Shown piece after piece: positions 13,224-24,616 of a stretch of 32,739 bases of DNA. Both the position numbers and the translations under genes were made by a program. Below the pieces are notes generated by a model. The model was not told the origin of the DNA. It ran no database searches and saw only the letters and a list, made by a program, of their open reading frames with translations. This DNA comes from Catajapyx aquilonaris (Eukaryota). The stretch spans positions 1 to 32,739 of the forward strand of contig KZ539121.1 of assembly GCA_000934665.2 (NCBI GenBank), in the 5' to 3' direction. Numbering within the stretch: the first letter of the stretch is position 1; every line of letters starts with the position of its first letter.

Positions 13224-14360
13224 ATTGCAGCCTTTTGAGTTAACAACACCTTCCGGTTAGTAATACTCTCTCCTATTAAATGCAGCTACAATAATATGTA
13301 CAGTAAGAAGCACTTGAAATTATTATTATTTTTTTTGTACAGAGTTAGTTGTATAAGTCTTGTTTAGTTTGCATAGATAAGATTACAACATTTAAAATGT
13401 CAACTATCTACAATCAATAATTTCTGCATTTGTTCGCAGAAGTGTTACGATATTATTATGCCGTTGTTTCGAAATGCTAATGAAAGCATTGCTTCTAAAA
13501 CTACAGTAAACTATCAACTTCAACACATGTAAACAACAATAACTCTTTTTCCACAAAATATTCCGCATTTACACATCTAAAAACACCCCTACTTAGTTTT
13601 TTTAAAAAAAACAAGCACACACTTAGCAATATAATTACATCGTCGCCAAACTTGACATTGTCCAGCAATTGTCTTTCCTAATAAAAAAATTGGCAGTTTT
13701 AAATAACTTATCCCTATAGTCAACAGTTAGTGTTATAAGGCACAAGAGACGGAGAAGGCAATAATCTAACGTTACCTGCTAGCAATATTGTTACAAAAGC
13801 ATTTTTAAAATCCAAGCCATAAAATTTTCACACCCCCCCCCCAGAATCAATCTTTAGATTTAAATTCAGCAGCACCTGACATGTCGTTAAGAAGCAAACA
13901 GAGCAAGTCAAAAACATCACATATTTTAACAATTTTTAAATAAATGTGCCCCCATCCAGGTTCGGCAATAGAACTTGGGTACTGATGTCACAGCCTTTAA
14001 TTTATGAGGTATCCGAAATACCTCTTAGAACCCTTTTTGACCATAATGCGCTGTCCCTTCAAAAAGAAGACAGCAATCCAATTGGATTTTGACTTGCTCT
14101 GTAAATGAGGCCTACGTCCATATTTACAATGCGTCCAAGTCTCAATACTTAACAACCAAAGAACCTTCAGATAGTAACATTACTGCAAAACAACGTTAGC
14201 ACACAACTCCAATAAAATCAGACGGTAATTGGCATTTCTTCCATGGCACAAAAAAATTAACGGCACAACCTGTGACTGGCAAAACAGCCACACATTGCAC
14301 GAAAAGGCACATTTAGTTAAAATTAAATTTGAGAAGCAGAAATAGAAAGGGAGACGAAGG

Positions 14361-17300
14361 CTACAGGTTTGTCGATCCCGAAGCAGCCTCCTCGGACCCT
14401 TGCCTTGTGTTGGGTCCTCTCCTCTCCTGACGATACCTCAAAATTGCTCTCCACACACGAAGCTCAATTCCACCCCTGCAAAGACGGTGAGCGTCATATA
14501 AAGAAGGTGGCACTGAATGTTTAAAAAAAAAATCCAGTTACTTACCTGAGACCCAATCTGCAGAGATCTTCCTTCCCTATGTAATGTAGCAGATCATCTA
14601 AGCTGTACTCTTCCATCACAAACTGGAATAAAAGTCATGCTCGAAACGTGCCGCAGCATTCTATGAGTAAATGCAGACTTACCCTTTGGATAGAGTGCTT
14701 GTCCAGTCCAAGATTCTCCAGCCATTCCATCATGGCAACGTCGCATCCTTCCGACACGTTTATTCTGATGTGCGGTGGCGCAGTGGCGGATTCTCCATCC
14801 CCACCGCAGCCAACAGGACTCTGGACACCTTGCTCCATCTGGAGGCTTCCACTCGACGCCTGAGAGCTAAACCTGAAGCAACGCTCGAGTTGCTCAAATA
14901 AAACCATACGGAAACACGACTGCTTACCCAGTGTCCAGCCTGGGCCTCATCCCACTCCAGGTTCCCAAGCAAGACATCTGCTGGAGCATTTGCTGCATTG
15001 CTTGTACGTTATTCTTCTGCTCCTCCAGTGTACTTTTCAGGGACTCGTTGTACGCTTGCCTTGCCTCCGTGAGCTCCTGCATCAACCTCATCGTGAACGC
15101 CTTGAGAGATTCCACCTGTTCCTGCAGCTCTCTGTGCCACCCGCCTCGTGCAGAAGAGAAATTCTCCAGTCCGCCCTTCTGAGACTTCATCGAGTTCACC
15201 GTGGACAGGCCCGAGGAAGACCCTCCGTCTCCGCCCACCCCACTGCCCTGCTCACGATGGTCACGACCAGCCAAGTTTGCTGCCAGCTCTAGTTCGGAGT
15301 TTAAAATTTGCATTGTCACACTATTCTATGTCCTTGGAATCAGACATGACTGACCTGGCGAAAGGATGGTGATTGCCGCATGTACCGAGCTGCGCACCAG
15401 GCTGTCCAGGGCAAACATCCAATGCGGTTTGATGCTATGCGAGCGAAGAACTGCATTCACCTAGAACGCATCAAAAACATTACAGGCAACTGCATCCAAT
15501 GGGAAGCCAGCTGTGCACAACTAACCGCATCTTGAAAGAGGTAGAGTGCAAGCTGGATATGGTTGATGGCAACACCGTCAAATTCAAGCTCCTCCTTCAG
15601 CTTGTGGATGGCCTGCTCCACCGCACTCTTATTCTGATCTGAGATGTACTCCTTGAGGCCATGCATCAGTGTGGTCAAATGTTCCTGTTGAAGATAACGA
15701 AAGCGACATATCATGTGGAGGCTGTGCCATAAAAAAAGTAATGCGTATAATGCACCGTAACATTAGGATTGTTCATAAGCTCTCGGGTCAGCCACACTGA
15801 GATTATTACGGGTACTGACCAGAGTGAGGACATTCTCCTCAACTCCCATCTCCAGGCTCTTGACCCACACCTCGCAGATCTTCGTCTCATCCTGTGTCAG
15901 CACCCTGGTGAGGGTCATCCTCCTCTGGGAGTCTTTCTTCAGGAGATAAAACCCATCGCACTCCAGCTCCCCTTTGGTTGAATCCACGTCAGGGGAGAGC
16001 AGGCCCCCTGAGGAGCTGCGGCGCGACATCAGAGTGTCATCGTAATCCGATCCAGTCGTCATCGAGCTGTCAAAAAAAGGCAAATAATCTTGTCAGGTTG
16101 GCCGCAGCACCGGTCATTCTCTGGCAGTTATATGGAATGGTCAAAATGTTTTCAAATGCCACGAATAAAACAGTGTAACATTAAACTGAAAAAATTCAGT
16201 ACTTCACATCTTGCTTGGCATAAATATCATGAGGAATTACAGGTTGAGAGAATCTATGGCCTGTAAACATGCATGTACTCACGCATTACATTTTTGCCTC
16301 GGCATAAGGCAAAGTGCCTCGACTCCTAAACTGTCTAAAACACACAGCTTCATAAGATGAAACAAGTCACTATACCCAGTAATCTAGTTGCCGATAACAT
16401 ATCAAGACTAGGAAGGCAAACAACGCCAGCTCATTTATGAACTAATTTAGGCTAAGGTAAGATAAGCACGTAATTACATACTGTACAGTGAAGCCTGCAT
16501 GAAACAGCAGAACTGTACCACAAAATTTTTCTATAATGAATAAGTTTCTTACTTCAGAATGATTTGAAAATCATCCAACAGGACCAAGCAGAGAAATTGT
16601 CCATTTGGTTTCCGATATATTCAATTTCAGGCAGATTTCACTGTATTTTCATAGTCACACAAAAATTCCCTTGAATGTTATCACATCTGAGTCACGAAAA
16701 GTTCACACGTACACACTGAAGTATCAAGAAAAAAGTTTTCGCTGGGCAACTGCCAGTAAAAATTCCACATTGATTAATATTTAAAGTGGCCCTGAGAAAA
16801 CATCAACAAGTAGACACAAATTACACCAGGCTCACCTGACAAACGAGAGAGCAGAGGGCATGCTGATGGGTGAAATAGGCGAGGCGCCCAGGCTGCTTAC
16901 AGGACTTGTTTTAGTATTGAAAGCACTGCAAAGAAGTAGAGAGAGAGAGAGAGGTAGAAACAGGGTACAAACAGGTGAGATAAAAACTGCATTGAGCCGA
17001 ACGCAGTGTGGCTTTACATGCGGTCACAAGCTTAAGTTAACTAGAAAACTCACCCATCGTCCGCAGAGGTGGCCAGCCGACTGTTGATGTGGTTGTTCTT
17101 TTCCGTCTTGACCGCCCGATCCGCAGGCACCGAGATGCTGCGGCTGAACTCCTGAGCAGTGGCCAAGCGGGCTACTTTCTTCTTCCGGCCAATTCTGTAT
17201 GAAATGGAAATCGCAATCAGCACCATCCGCAGTCAAGTGTCCATGTGGCTTATCCCGAAGCAAACAAGACATCAGTCTCTTATTTAAGCACCGGTACTAC

Positions 17301-20300
17301 ATGTACTTTACAGCCTCACGTCAATGCAAAACAAGCTGAAACAACTCACTCTGCCAGAAAGGTGTCCTCCAGCAACTCAGCCGAAGTCGCCCTCTGGTCC
17401 GGATCAGGTTCGAAACACCGCAGGATGAAGCCCCTAGCTTTCTCTGTCAGCTCCATCGGAATTTCCGGATGCATCTTGTAATATCCGACCTGGGAAAAAA
17501 TACCGTTTAAATTAAATGAGGACTGGATTTTTTTTTTTTAACTGTCATTTGAATGATTTATTTTAAAAGACCTGTTGAATGTCCTAAGCTAATTCACCAC
17601 ATACCTTGAACATGGCTGCTTGAGGAGAACCCAGCTCAATGAAAGGAGGTTTTCCGGTGGCCATCTCAACAATGGTGCATCCCAGTGACCAGATGTCGGC
17701 CTGGGAAGTACAACAAATCAATCAGTCCGCCTAGAAATACGGAAACGCACTACGATGATTCAAAACTGACCGGAGCTCCGTATCCCCTCTGCCCTTTGTC
17801 GATGACCTCAGGTGCCATGTACTGCAAGGTTCCTGTGAAGGTCTCGGTGCTAGGGCATATCCCTGCCAGCCTCTTGGATGTGCCGAAGTCAGATATCTTG
17901 ACCACTCCACTGTATGTGTTGACCAGCACGTTGTCACCTGGTCAAAACGAATGTCCTTAATCCTTTCCCTCAACGTCACAGACCTCATAAAATCATCCTA
18001 ATTATTCTGGTTGTACCACACCTTTTATGTCCCTGTGCACGATCTTCTGGTCATGAAGGTACTTGAGCCCCTCCAGGATCTGTTTGGTGTAATAAGCGAT
18101 TGTGGCCTCGTTCTCCTTCAGTGGCCCCCACTTCGACCTGAGTAAGGCGGAGAGGCTCCCTCCCGGCACCTGCTCCATGCAGATCTTGAAGAATCCATCC
18201 TCCGAGAGGGAGCCCAGGTACTGCACGATGTTCCGATGGCGCAGCTGGGAATGCAGCTTGATTTCCTCATGCAGGGGCTGGACCTCACCCAGGTTCTTCT
18301 CGGGGATCTCCTTCACTGCTATCCTCACCTGGGTGTTAAGGTCACGGGCTGCGTACACAACGCCGTACGTGCCTTTGCCCAGGACAATCCGTTTCTCTTG
18401 ATCATCCAGTTCGTACTCGTACTGAAAAACAAATTATCACTGTTAAGAAATCCATCATCAAATCTGAAACTTGCTATCTTACCCGTATCTGTTCGGAGGA
18501 GAGATCCGAGTCTAGTCCGGTGAATACGTTCCCCTGCTCAGCAGTCATCTCCAACACAAGATCGAAAAATCGCTGCCTGCACTGCACTGACGGAAAGAAC
18601 ATCTGGAAGTCATCTGAATTCTGGTGCACATACAGAAACAGGCACCGTTCATCCCTCTTGTACAAGCTGTGCAAGAAACGAAAATCATTGGCACATGTCT
18701 GCATTTAATACCACACACAAAAAAAGAGACATACCTCAGATTCTTGATCATGTCCGCCATGAAGAGCCACTCGTGGACTTGCCGACATGTTCCCTTGATG
18801 CTGTCCAGGCAGAGGTTCCAGATCTGAATCGACTTCTCCTCCGCTCCCATGTGCACATTCACGTAGCTTGGCATGTACACTTTTGTTGGCTCCAAGACCA
18901 GAATCTGCGATAAGCAAGAGGCAAATAGGGGTAATATGCCCGAGCGTCTTAAATTCCGTCAAATATTGTAAGTTTCAACATGTAGAGAAACGAATGTGGT
19001 TAACATATTGATCACATATCTTTATGAACTCATTGATGTAAGCTGAATCTTCCAAACGTTAGTCAACATGCCAACGTTTCAAACTCACAGGAAATCTGAT
19101 GCTGTCCCCAACTTCCAGTTTGGTTGCCTCCACAAAGTAGTCCATCCAGAAGCTAAATATCTGCTCCTCGGGAGACAACTCCGCGTCCTCGTTTCGCTTG
19201 CGGAAACGGTTTATCAAAGTGATGTTGCCAACGGTGGACTTCAGGTACCTGAAATTGCGAATACAACGTGTTCATCATAAAGGGTGTCGGCATATCTAGA
19301 ATGGCACAACTGTCAGGACAAGGTAAGAACAGGTCGGACCAGTCGGGTGGCTTGAGCTTGAACATGCACTCCGCAGCCTGAATGGTCTTTGAGTAGTCCT
19401 CCGCCAGCACGCTGATCTCAAAGAAGGTGGCTACGTCCCAGTAATCCTGCAAGGATGACAAGCTGCCCTTCTTGCCAATCAAGTTGTTCAATACCATGCC
19501 TGAAATACACGCCGTGCAATGATGCTGCTCATTTGCATAAGAAAAAATTCACCCTTCCTTACCAATGTGCTGGAGCTCCTCGGATTTGGAAAACTCGTTT
19601 CCCGCAATGACGAGAAGCGTCGCCAGGTTGATCCCTGCGTATTCATTGGGCTGCACCTCGAATCCTTTCCTGTACCAGTGGATGGCGTTCTTGAGACTGT
19701 CTGCGTCCGTGTGCTGCGACTCCACAAACTTGTCCTTGTAGATTCTCCCGCAAAGGCAGAGAATGTCAGGGACGTGGTTTTCTTTCTTCTCCAGGGCTTT
19801 CGTTATCACCTGAAGGGCACGTTCCCTGTCCCCTTCCTTGTTACGTCGATTCAAGGCAAAGGCATAAGAGTGACGGATGGCTGGAGTATTTATGTAGTTC
19901 TTCCGGTTAGGAATAGTCTTCAAGTCGTCCACCAGCTGGACCATTGCATCATAATCCTTTGAAAGCAAAGTGAGAGACACTTGATTACAAACAACAAATG
20001 CTTTCAATCGCGCACCTGTTTGCGATGTGAATTACGCACCTGGATCTCTCGGAATGAGATCAGCATGTTGAGTACGACATCTCCTGAGAGCACATTCGGA
20101 TCATCTAACCTCTTCCTCATGTTGTGAAGCACCTTGGCCAGCTCCTCCCCAGTGTACGTCTCCCTCGCTTTGCGCAAATCAGACATAAACTTCTCTTTCA
20201 TGTGAGCCCTGAAAATTAAACCCACTGTATATTAAGTTCTTAACAACAGGATTCACCTTATCGCCACACATTTTTAACGAGACATAACACTAAAGAAAGG

Positions 20301-22334
20301 CATCCTCACTTTGACTGTATCTCGACATCCTGAAGTAGCCTCTTCAGCTTCATCCCAAGCGGCTGCTGCTTTGTCTCGGCCATTCCCTCCTCTCCCTGGA
20401 CCCTGAGGGCGGCTGGATTGTTCACCACACAAGTCCCACAGTCCAGCACACGGTATGAGACGAACGTGTAGTTGCTACAGGACAGCTGCAAGGAAAATGA
20501 GCAGGATGCATCCAACCGATTTTCAGAGCCTGTGTTGCAAGGCCCCCCCAGTTCTTACATGCATGCCAAGCAGCCGTGGGAACTTCCACTTCCAATTTTT
20601 TTTTTTTAAGCTCCCACAAGCCGCACATGGCCTTCATACATCATATGGAGGGCTACACATGAGATCCTAATCTGCAGCTACCTGAATAAGCCAGGAAGCA
20701 ACGCGCTGTTGTGCATTGCACTCAAAACAGGCCCTAACAATGGCTGACAGCTTGTCATGACATCTCATGGACAACGAATGGCAAGTGCAATGACTGATGA
20801 CTGATGTGCAGGGAAAGTGTCACCAAGGTCAACCATGACAGCAAATAAACATTTCTAGTCAAAAGAAATGCCTACGATGTGTACATTATAATAACCGTTT
20901 TAACACAAACCAATTATCATAAGCAGTAATACACCTTAATGTATAATGTGAGTTCATTGTTACAGGTACGTATCGGGTGTTCAGGATTTTCTCCCTATTG
21001 AACAAAAGGCCATGGATCCTTTTCTGTTTACATTTAATGGTTCAGCTCGGTTCGGCCAAAAACACTATTAAAACAATACATCTTTTTGAGTGGATTTTAT
21101 ATGCCAAAAAGTCTATTTTTCGTGTTAATTGGACCACAAGGTCCTAACATGCAATGCACAACTAACCGAAAAGAAACATGTCCCAAACAGACACTGCATC
21201 TCAAACAAAAGTTATACGCAACGCAACGCTCTTTAACCCATGGAAACTTGTTTCGTACACATAAATTTCAAGGAACGAGAATGAAGCAAACTCCACTACA
21301 TGCCATATCTCTTTCATTTCTAAATGCGACCTTCTTATCCGCCAGCAAATTGCGGCTGCACACTTTTCATTCATAATCTTAATTCCTGTAACCGGCTGAG
21401 CCAGACAGGGTGAGCTCATCTGCAGATAAACTGAGTTTGGAAATCTCAACAACGACATAATAAACATTAACAACATTAATATATTGCACATCCTGATTAA
21501 ACCCTACTAAACGGGGCTAATATTTGCAGTGACATCAACATTACTTAAATTACAATTCGAACAATTAGACATTAACGTATTTGACACCCCCATTTCAGCA
21601 GATCATATTCATGAAGAGCGTACTTTTGCATATAAGACGCATTTGAGCTATTTTTACACGCTTTTTTAGGGTGAAGAGTGCGTCTTAAATGCCGTCTAAT
21701 GCTGTAATTCCCTTCCTGCTTTACCATGCATCTCGGCGCATATGCTGCGGTACGTGAAGGGGTAAATGTATGATTACCTTGAGCGGTAGAGTAACTTCCG
21801 TATCATGGTCGTTGTAGATGAGAATATTCTCCTTCATCCCAAAGCTCTCCCTGACACCCAGGTGGTAAAACAGCGCGCTCTGCTGTAGCTGTACGGACAA
21901 ATCCACCACAGCCACATCCGCATTATAAAAGGTGTCCAGCACGTTCGCCTCCCCAAAATCCAGCTTCTCAAACTGCACATGATGACAATGCGACCCGACC
22001 AGGAGGCAAGCCTGCCTCACCTCCTCCAGCGCCTTCCGTCTCTGCGCCGACGACTCCGACTGCGTACACAGGTCGATCACAACCGCAATGTCCATATGCG
22101 GCCGTGCAGAGGACGACGTAGTCGAGGATGGTCCTGCGCCCATAGCTGCATTTGCAACGGTAGTGCCCGACGTGTCGCTCCGACTCCCAACGCTGTCAGT
22201 CGCACTCCGGGACGACTCACCTGCTGGGAAATAATGGGTCAGTCGCATCCGTACAATAAGTATAATGTACCATTTATACATTACGTACAAACCAAATGGA
22301 GCGTACCTTCAGCATCCGGATTCAGGTTTGGCAT
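14361..22334 (-). CDS. ASK1: Apoptosis signal-regulating kinase (MAP3K5/MAP3K15 family MAPKKK), about 1390 aa, 22 coding exons
   Basis: Exons in transcript order: 22334-22307, 22220-21778, 20485-20310, 20208-20040, 19956-19563, 19499-19340, 19248-19089, 18904-18735, 18666-18483, 18421-18022, 17937-17771, 17700-17605, 17489-17350, 17194-17054, 16925-16836, 16066-15820, 15684-15526, 15460-15355, 15288-14928, 14872-14683, 14622-14546, 14475-14361 (TAG). All introns are GT-AG and the phases sum to 4173 nt. ASK-family motifs: [52 protein letters not shown], kinase [10 protein letters not shown] / AVKEI / HRDIKGDN / [10 protein letters not shown] / [23 protein letters not shown], coiled coil, and C-terminal SAM ([15 protein letters not shown]). 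Confidence 0.96.
16486..16643. mobile_element. 158-bp pogo/Tigger-like MITE in an ASK1 intron
   Basis: TA-CAGTGAAGCCTGCATGAAA ... TTTCAGGCAGATTTCACTG-TA, 18/21 inverted match including the TA target duplications at 16484-16485 and 16644-16645. Confidence 0.65.
21628..21706. mobile_element. Degenerate short inverted-repeat element in ASK1 intron
   Basis: GCATATAAGACGCA (21628-21641) versus TGCGTCTTAAATGC (21679-21692), 13/14 inverted match, ending in CTGTA. It resembles Tc/pogo-type MITE subterminal sequence. Confidence 0.4.
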
Positions 22335-22447
22335 CTTCAGCCGCCCGTTACTCACACCTTCAGTCTTCGCATCTCCTTCTGCAAATACAAGTACTTAGAG
22401 CTGCTGTACTTAGAGTACTTTCTATATGATCTATTTAATCAGCTCAC

Positions 22448-22530
22448 CTTTTTTTTCTATGGCTTCAACAGACAGCAAAAAAAAATTTTAATATTTTTTT
22501 TTGTTCTATTTCCTGGATTCCATTCCTATC
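22448..22530 (-). other. ASK1: Putative non-coding first (5'-UTR) exon of ASK1
   Basis: The ATG-containing exon has a strong acceptor (tacttgtatttgcag, exon begins 22378). An AAG|GTGAGC donor lies at 22447, giving a 69-nt intron. An in-frame TAA at 22490-22488 with no ATG after it makes the exon non-coding. The 5' boundary is approximate. Confidence 0.6.
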
Positions 22531-22992
22531 TATGCAGTGTTGCCAACTGCAACTGGGAGATTAATATGATTAGCATTAAAACCAGGTTTTATATCAGCTA
22601 AAACCACATTATTAAATAACCACAGCTCCATATTATAAAAAGTTAATGTTAAATGCATTTATTTTAAATGATATATTTTTGAAGGCCAGATGCTGTGATT
22701 GGCCAGTTTGATGCAACATGCCAAATTAGATGTGCCTTTTTATTGGCAAGGCTGTGCAAGTTTGCTATTGCAAAAATTCGCAAAAATTGGTACATTTTAA
22801 TTGTTTTTAGTTTTAAGTTTTATGTAAAATATTAGCCCAATAGGTTTAACCAACACTTAAGAGATAACACTTGCAGCACATATAGACGGTTAGCGTATAA
22901 CAGCCCAGTTAAAGTGTGTTGCGTTATCAGATTTATTTATTATGTTAATGATTTATTAATTATGTTAATGATTTTGTTAATTAATGTTGCAG
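22531..22992. promoter_or_regulatory. Shared divergent (bidirectional) promoter region of ASK1 and MyD88
   Basis: Short AT-rich spacer between two divergent genes. It contains CAGTGTTGCCA (22535-22545), ATTGG boxes at 22698, 22742 and 22786, and CCAAT at 22837. Confidence 0.7.
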
Positions 22993-23011
22993 AGTGTATG
23001 CTTATGAGACG

Positions 23012-24616
23012 ATGGATGATGTTAATGGACGCAAAGGAGGGGAAGACTTTGCAGCCGTCCCGGTGCGAGCAATGCGGACATCCGCTTGTAGGAAGATGTC
23101 CAGTATGCTCAACGTGACCAAGGTCATCCCGACCAGAGAAGGACTCTTCAGGTACAGAGTAAGCCCTGTACTGCAAAATTGATAGCCTCTAATTGTCGTC
23201 GCACTTGTTACAGAGACTGGCGAGGATTGGCCGAGCTGCTGGATCTCGATTCAGGAACGATTCAAATATTGGAAAGCAAGTCTGATCCGACTGCGGAAAT
23301 GTTGTCGCTTTGGCCCAAAACTGGGACGTTTCATGACTTGACTGTCCATCTAGCCAGGTTGGACCGATATGACATTGCAGATGATATCTGGGACTATCTA
23401 GGTAATCACAGGACAAAATTAGTTCATAAATTTAATGATTTGAACAGTGGTGAGTATTCAAAGACCATGACGGCGACAATAGCAAACCAATGCTATTGTT
23501 AAAAAATTTCTTGGCTCATACAAATCTCTGTAAAATGCAAAAATGTCTTATGATGTCACATAGTAGCTAATATTGTATATTTCCACAGTGCAAGACTCCG
23601 AGTCGTACTTGAAGAAGAGGGAGGACGTTCATGACCCACAGTTGATAAGCGGTGAGGTAGATTCAACTGTGCTGACGATTGGTGACTCGGCCAGGTTGGG
23701 GCAGGGACTGGCCGTTGAACGATATGATGCCTTCCTCTTGTATGCTGAAGATGACACAGACTTTGCGATGGAGATGGTTCGCAAGATGGAAGATGAATAT
23801 GGGATGAAATTGTGCCTCCGGGATCGTGACCTAGTCGGAGGGCTGCCTTTCGAACATGATGCGATTGCAAAACTCATAGAAGAACGGTGCAATCGGCTGG
23901 TCGTTATATTCTCACCTGCCTTCATCGAGAGTAAAGCTAATCAATTTGTGCTCATGTTTGCTCAAGCTCTTGGAATAGGTAACATCAGCGCTTTACCTCA
24001 TTTTACGTCATGACTAAAGAGTGACACGAATTATTTCAGAGCAACGTCAGCGTAAGATCATCCCATGCATTTACAAGCACTGCGACCTCCCTGCCACAAT
24101 CCGTTGTGCTTTCTGTCTCGACTATACCCGATCAGGAAAGTTGTGGAACTTTTGGGAGCGGCTGCGAGACTCACTACAAGCTCAGCCCAAAGCAATCAGG
24201 TTCGGCCAACACATTTTCTCACCTACGCTGTGTGATTCAGAATAATAGCTCTGAAGGCAAATGCATCGATATATTACAGATCCAATTTGGTGGTGGAAAA
24301 TAAGGAATCCCAGATACATCAACTGACCCACAGCATGGAAGTGAAGAAACCCGAAGCGACCGCAACCAAGGAGAAGGTTCGATCCATTAGTCTTGGATGC
24401 AAGTCCGCAGCGCAGGTGACAAAACGGGAGCACAGTCACTCCGATTCAGGCGTCTGCTCTGAACCAAGCACGACCAACACGAATGGCGAAATGTCCAAAA
24501 GCACCAGCAGCGACCTCGGAAGTCCTGTTCCCTTAACTTCATGGTTCAAGCGCCTTCTTCCCAAGCCAGGGAACAGGTACAGGAAAGTGTCTCACAGCAA
24601 ATTGCTGGCCGAATGA
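23012..24616 (+). CDS. MyD88: Toll/TLR adaptor MyD88 (death domain + TIR domain + C-terminal extension), 404 aa, 5 exons
   Basis: Exons 23012-23151, 23214-23401, 23589-23978, 24040-24199, 24280-24616 (TGA), 1215 nt in frame. Death domain RDWRGLAELL..LARLDRYDIADD, linker VLTIGD, TIR box 1 YDAFLLY, box 2 LCLRDRDLVGGLPFEH, IEERCNRLVVIFSPAF, RKIIPC, FWERL. A ttgcag acceptor at 22992 implies an upstream UTR exon. Confidence 0.95.

Noticed and set aside
14361..14375. ASK1 C-terminus STNL as a class I PDZ-binding motif
   Set aside because: A three-residue pattern in a non-conserved tail is too likely by chance without ortholog support.
14648..22398. Plus-strand ORFs overlapping ASK1 exons (for example 19519-19962 and 21979-22398)
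   Set aside because: Antisense shadows of GC-rich coding exons with no recognisable products.
23819..23848. MyD88 BB loop RDRDLVGG lacking the vertebrate proline (RDVLPG)
   Set aside because: To my knowledge this is usual in arthropod MyD88 and does not indicate a defective protein.
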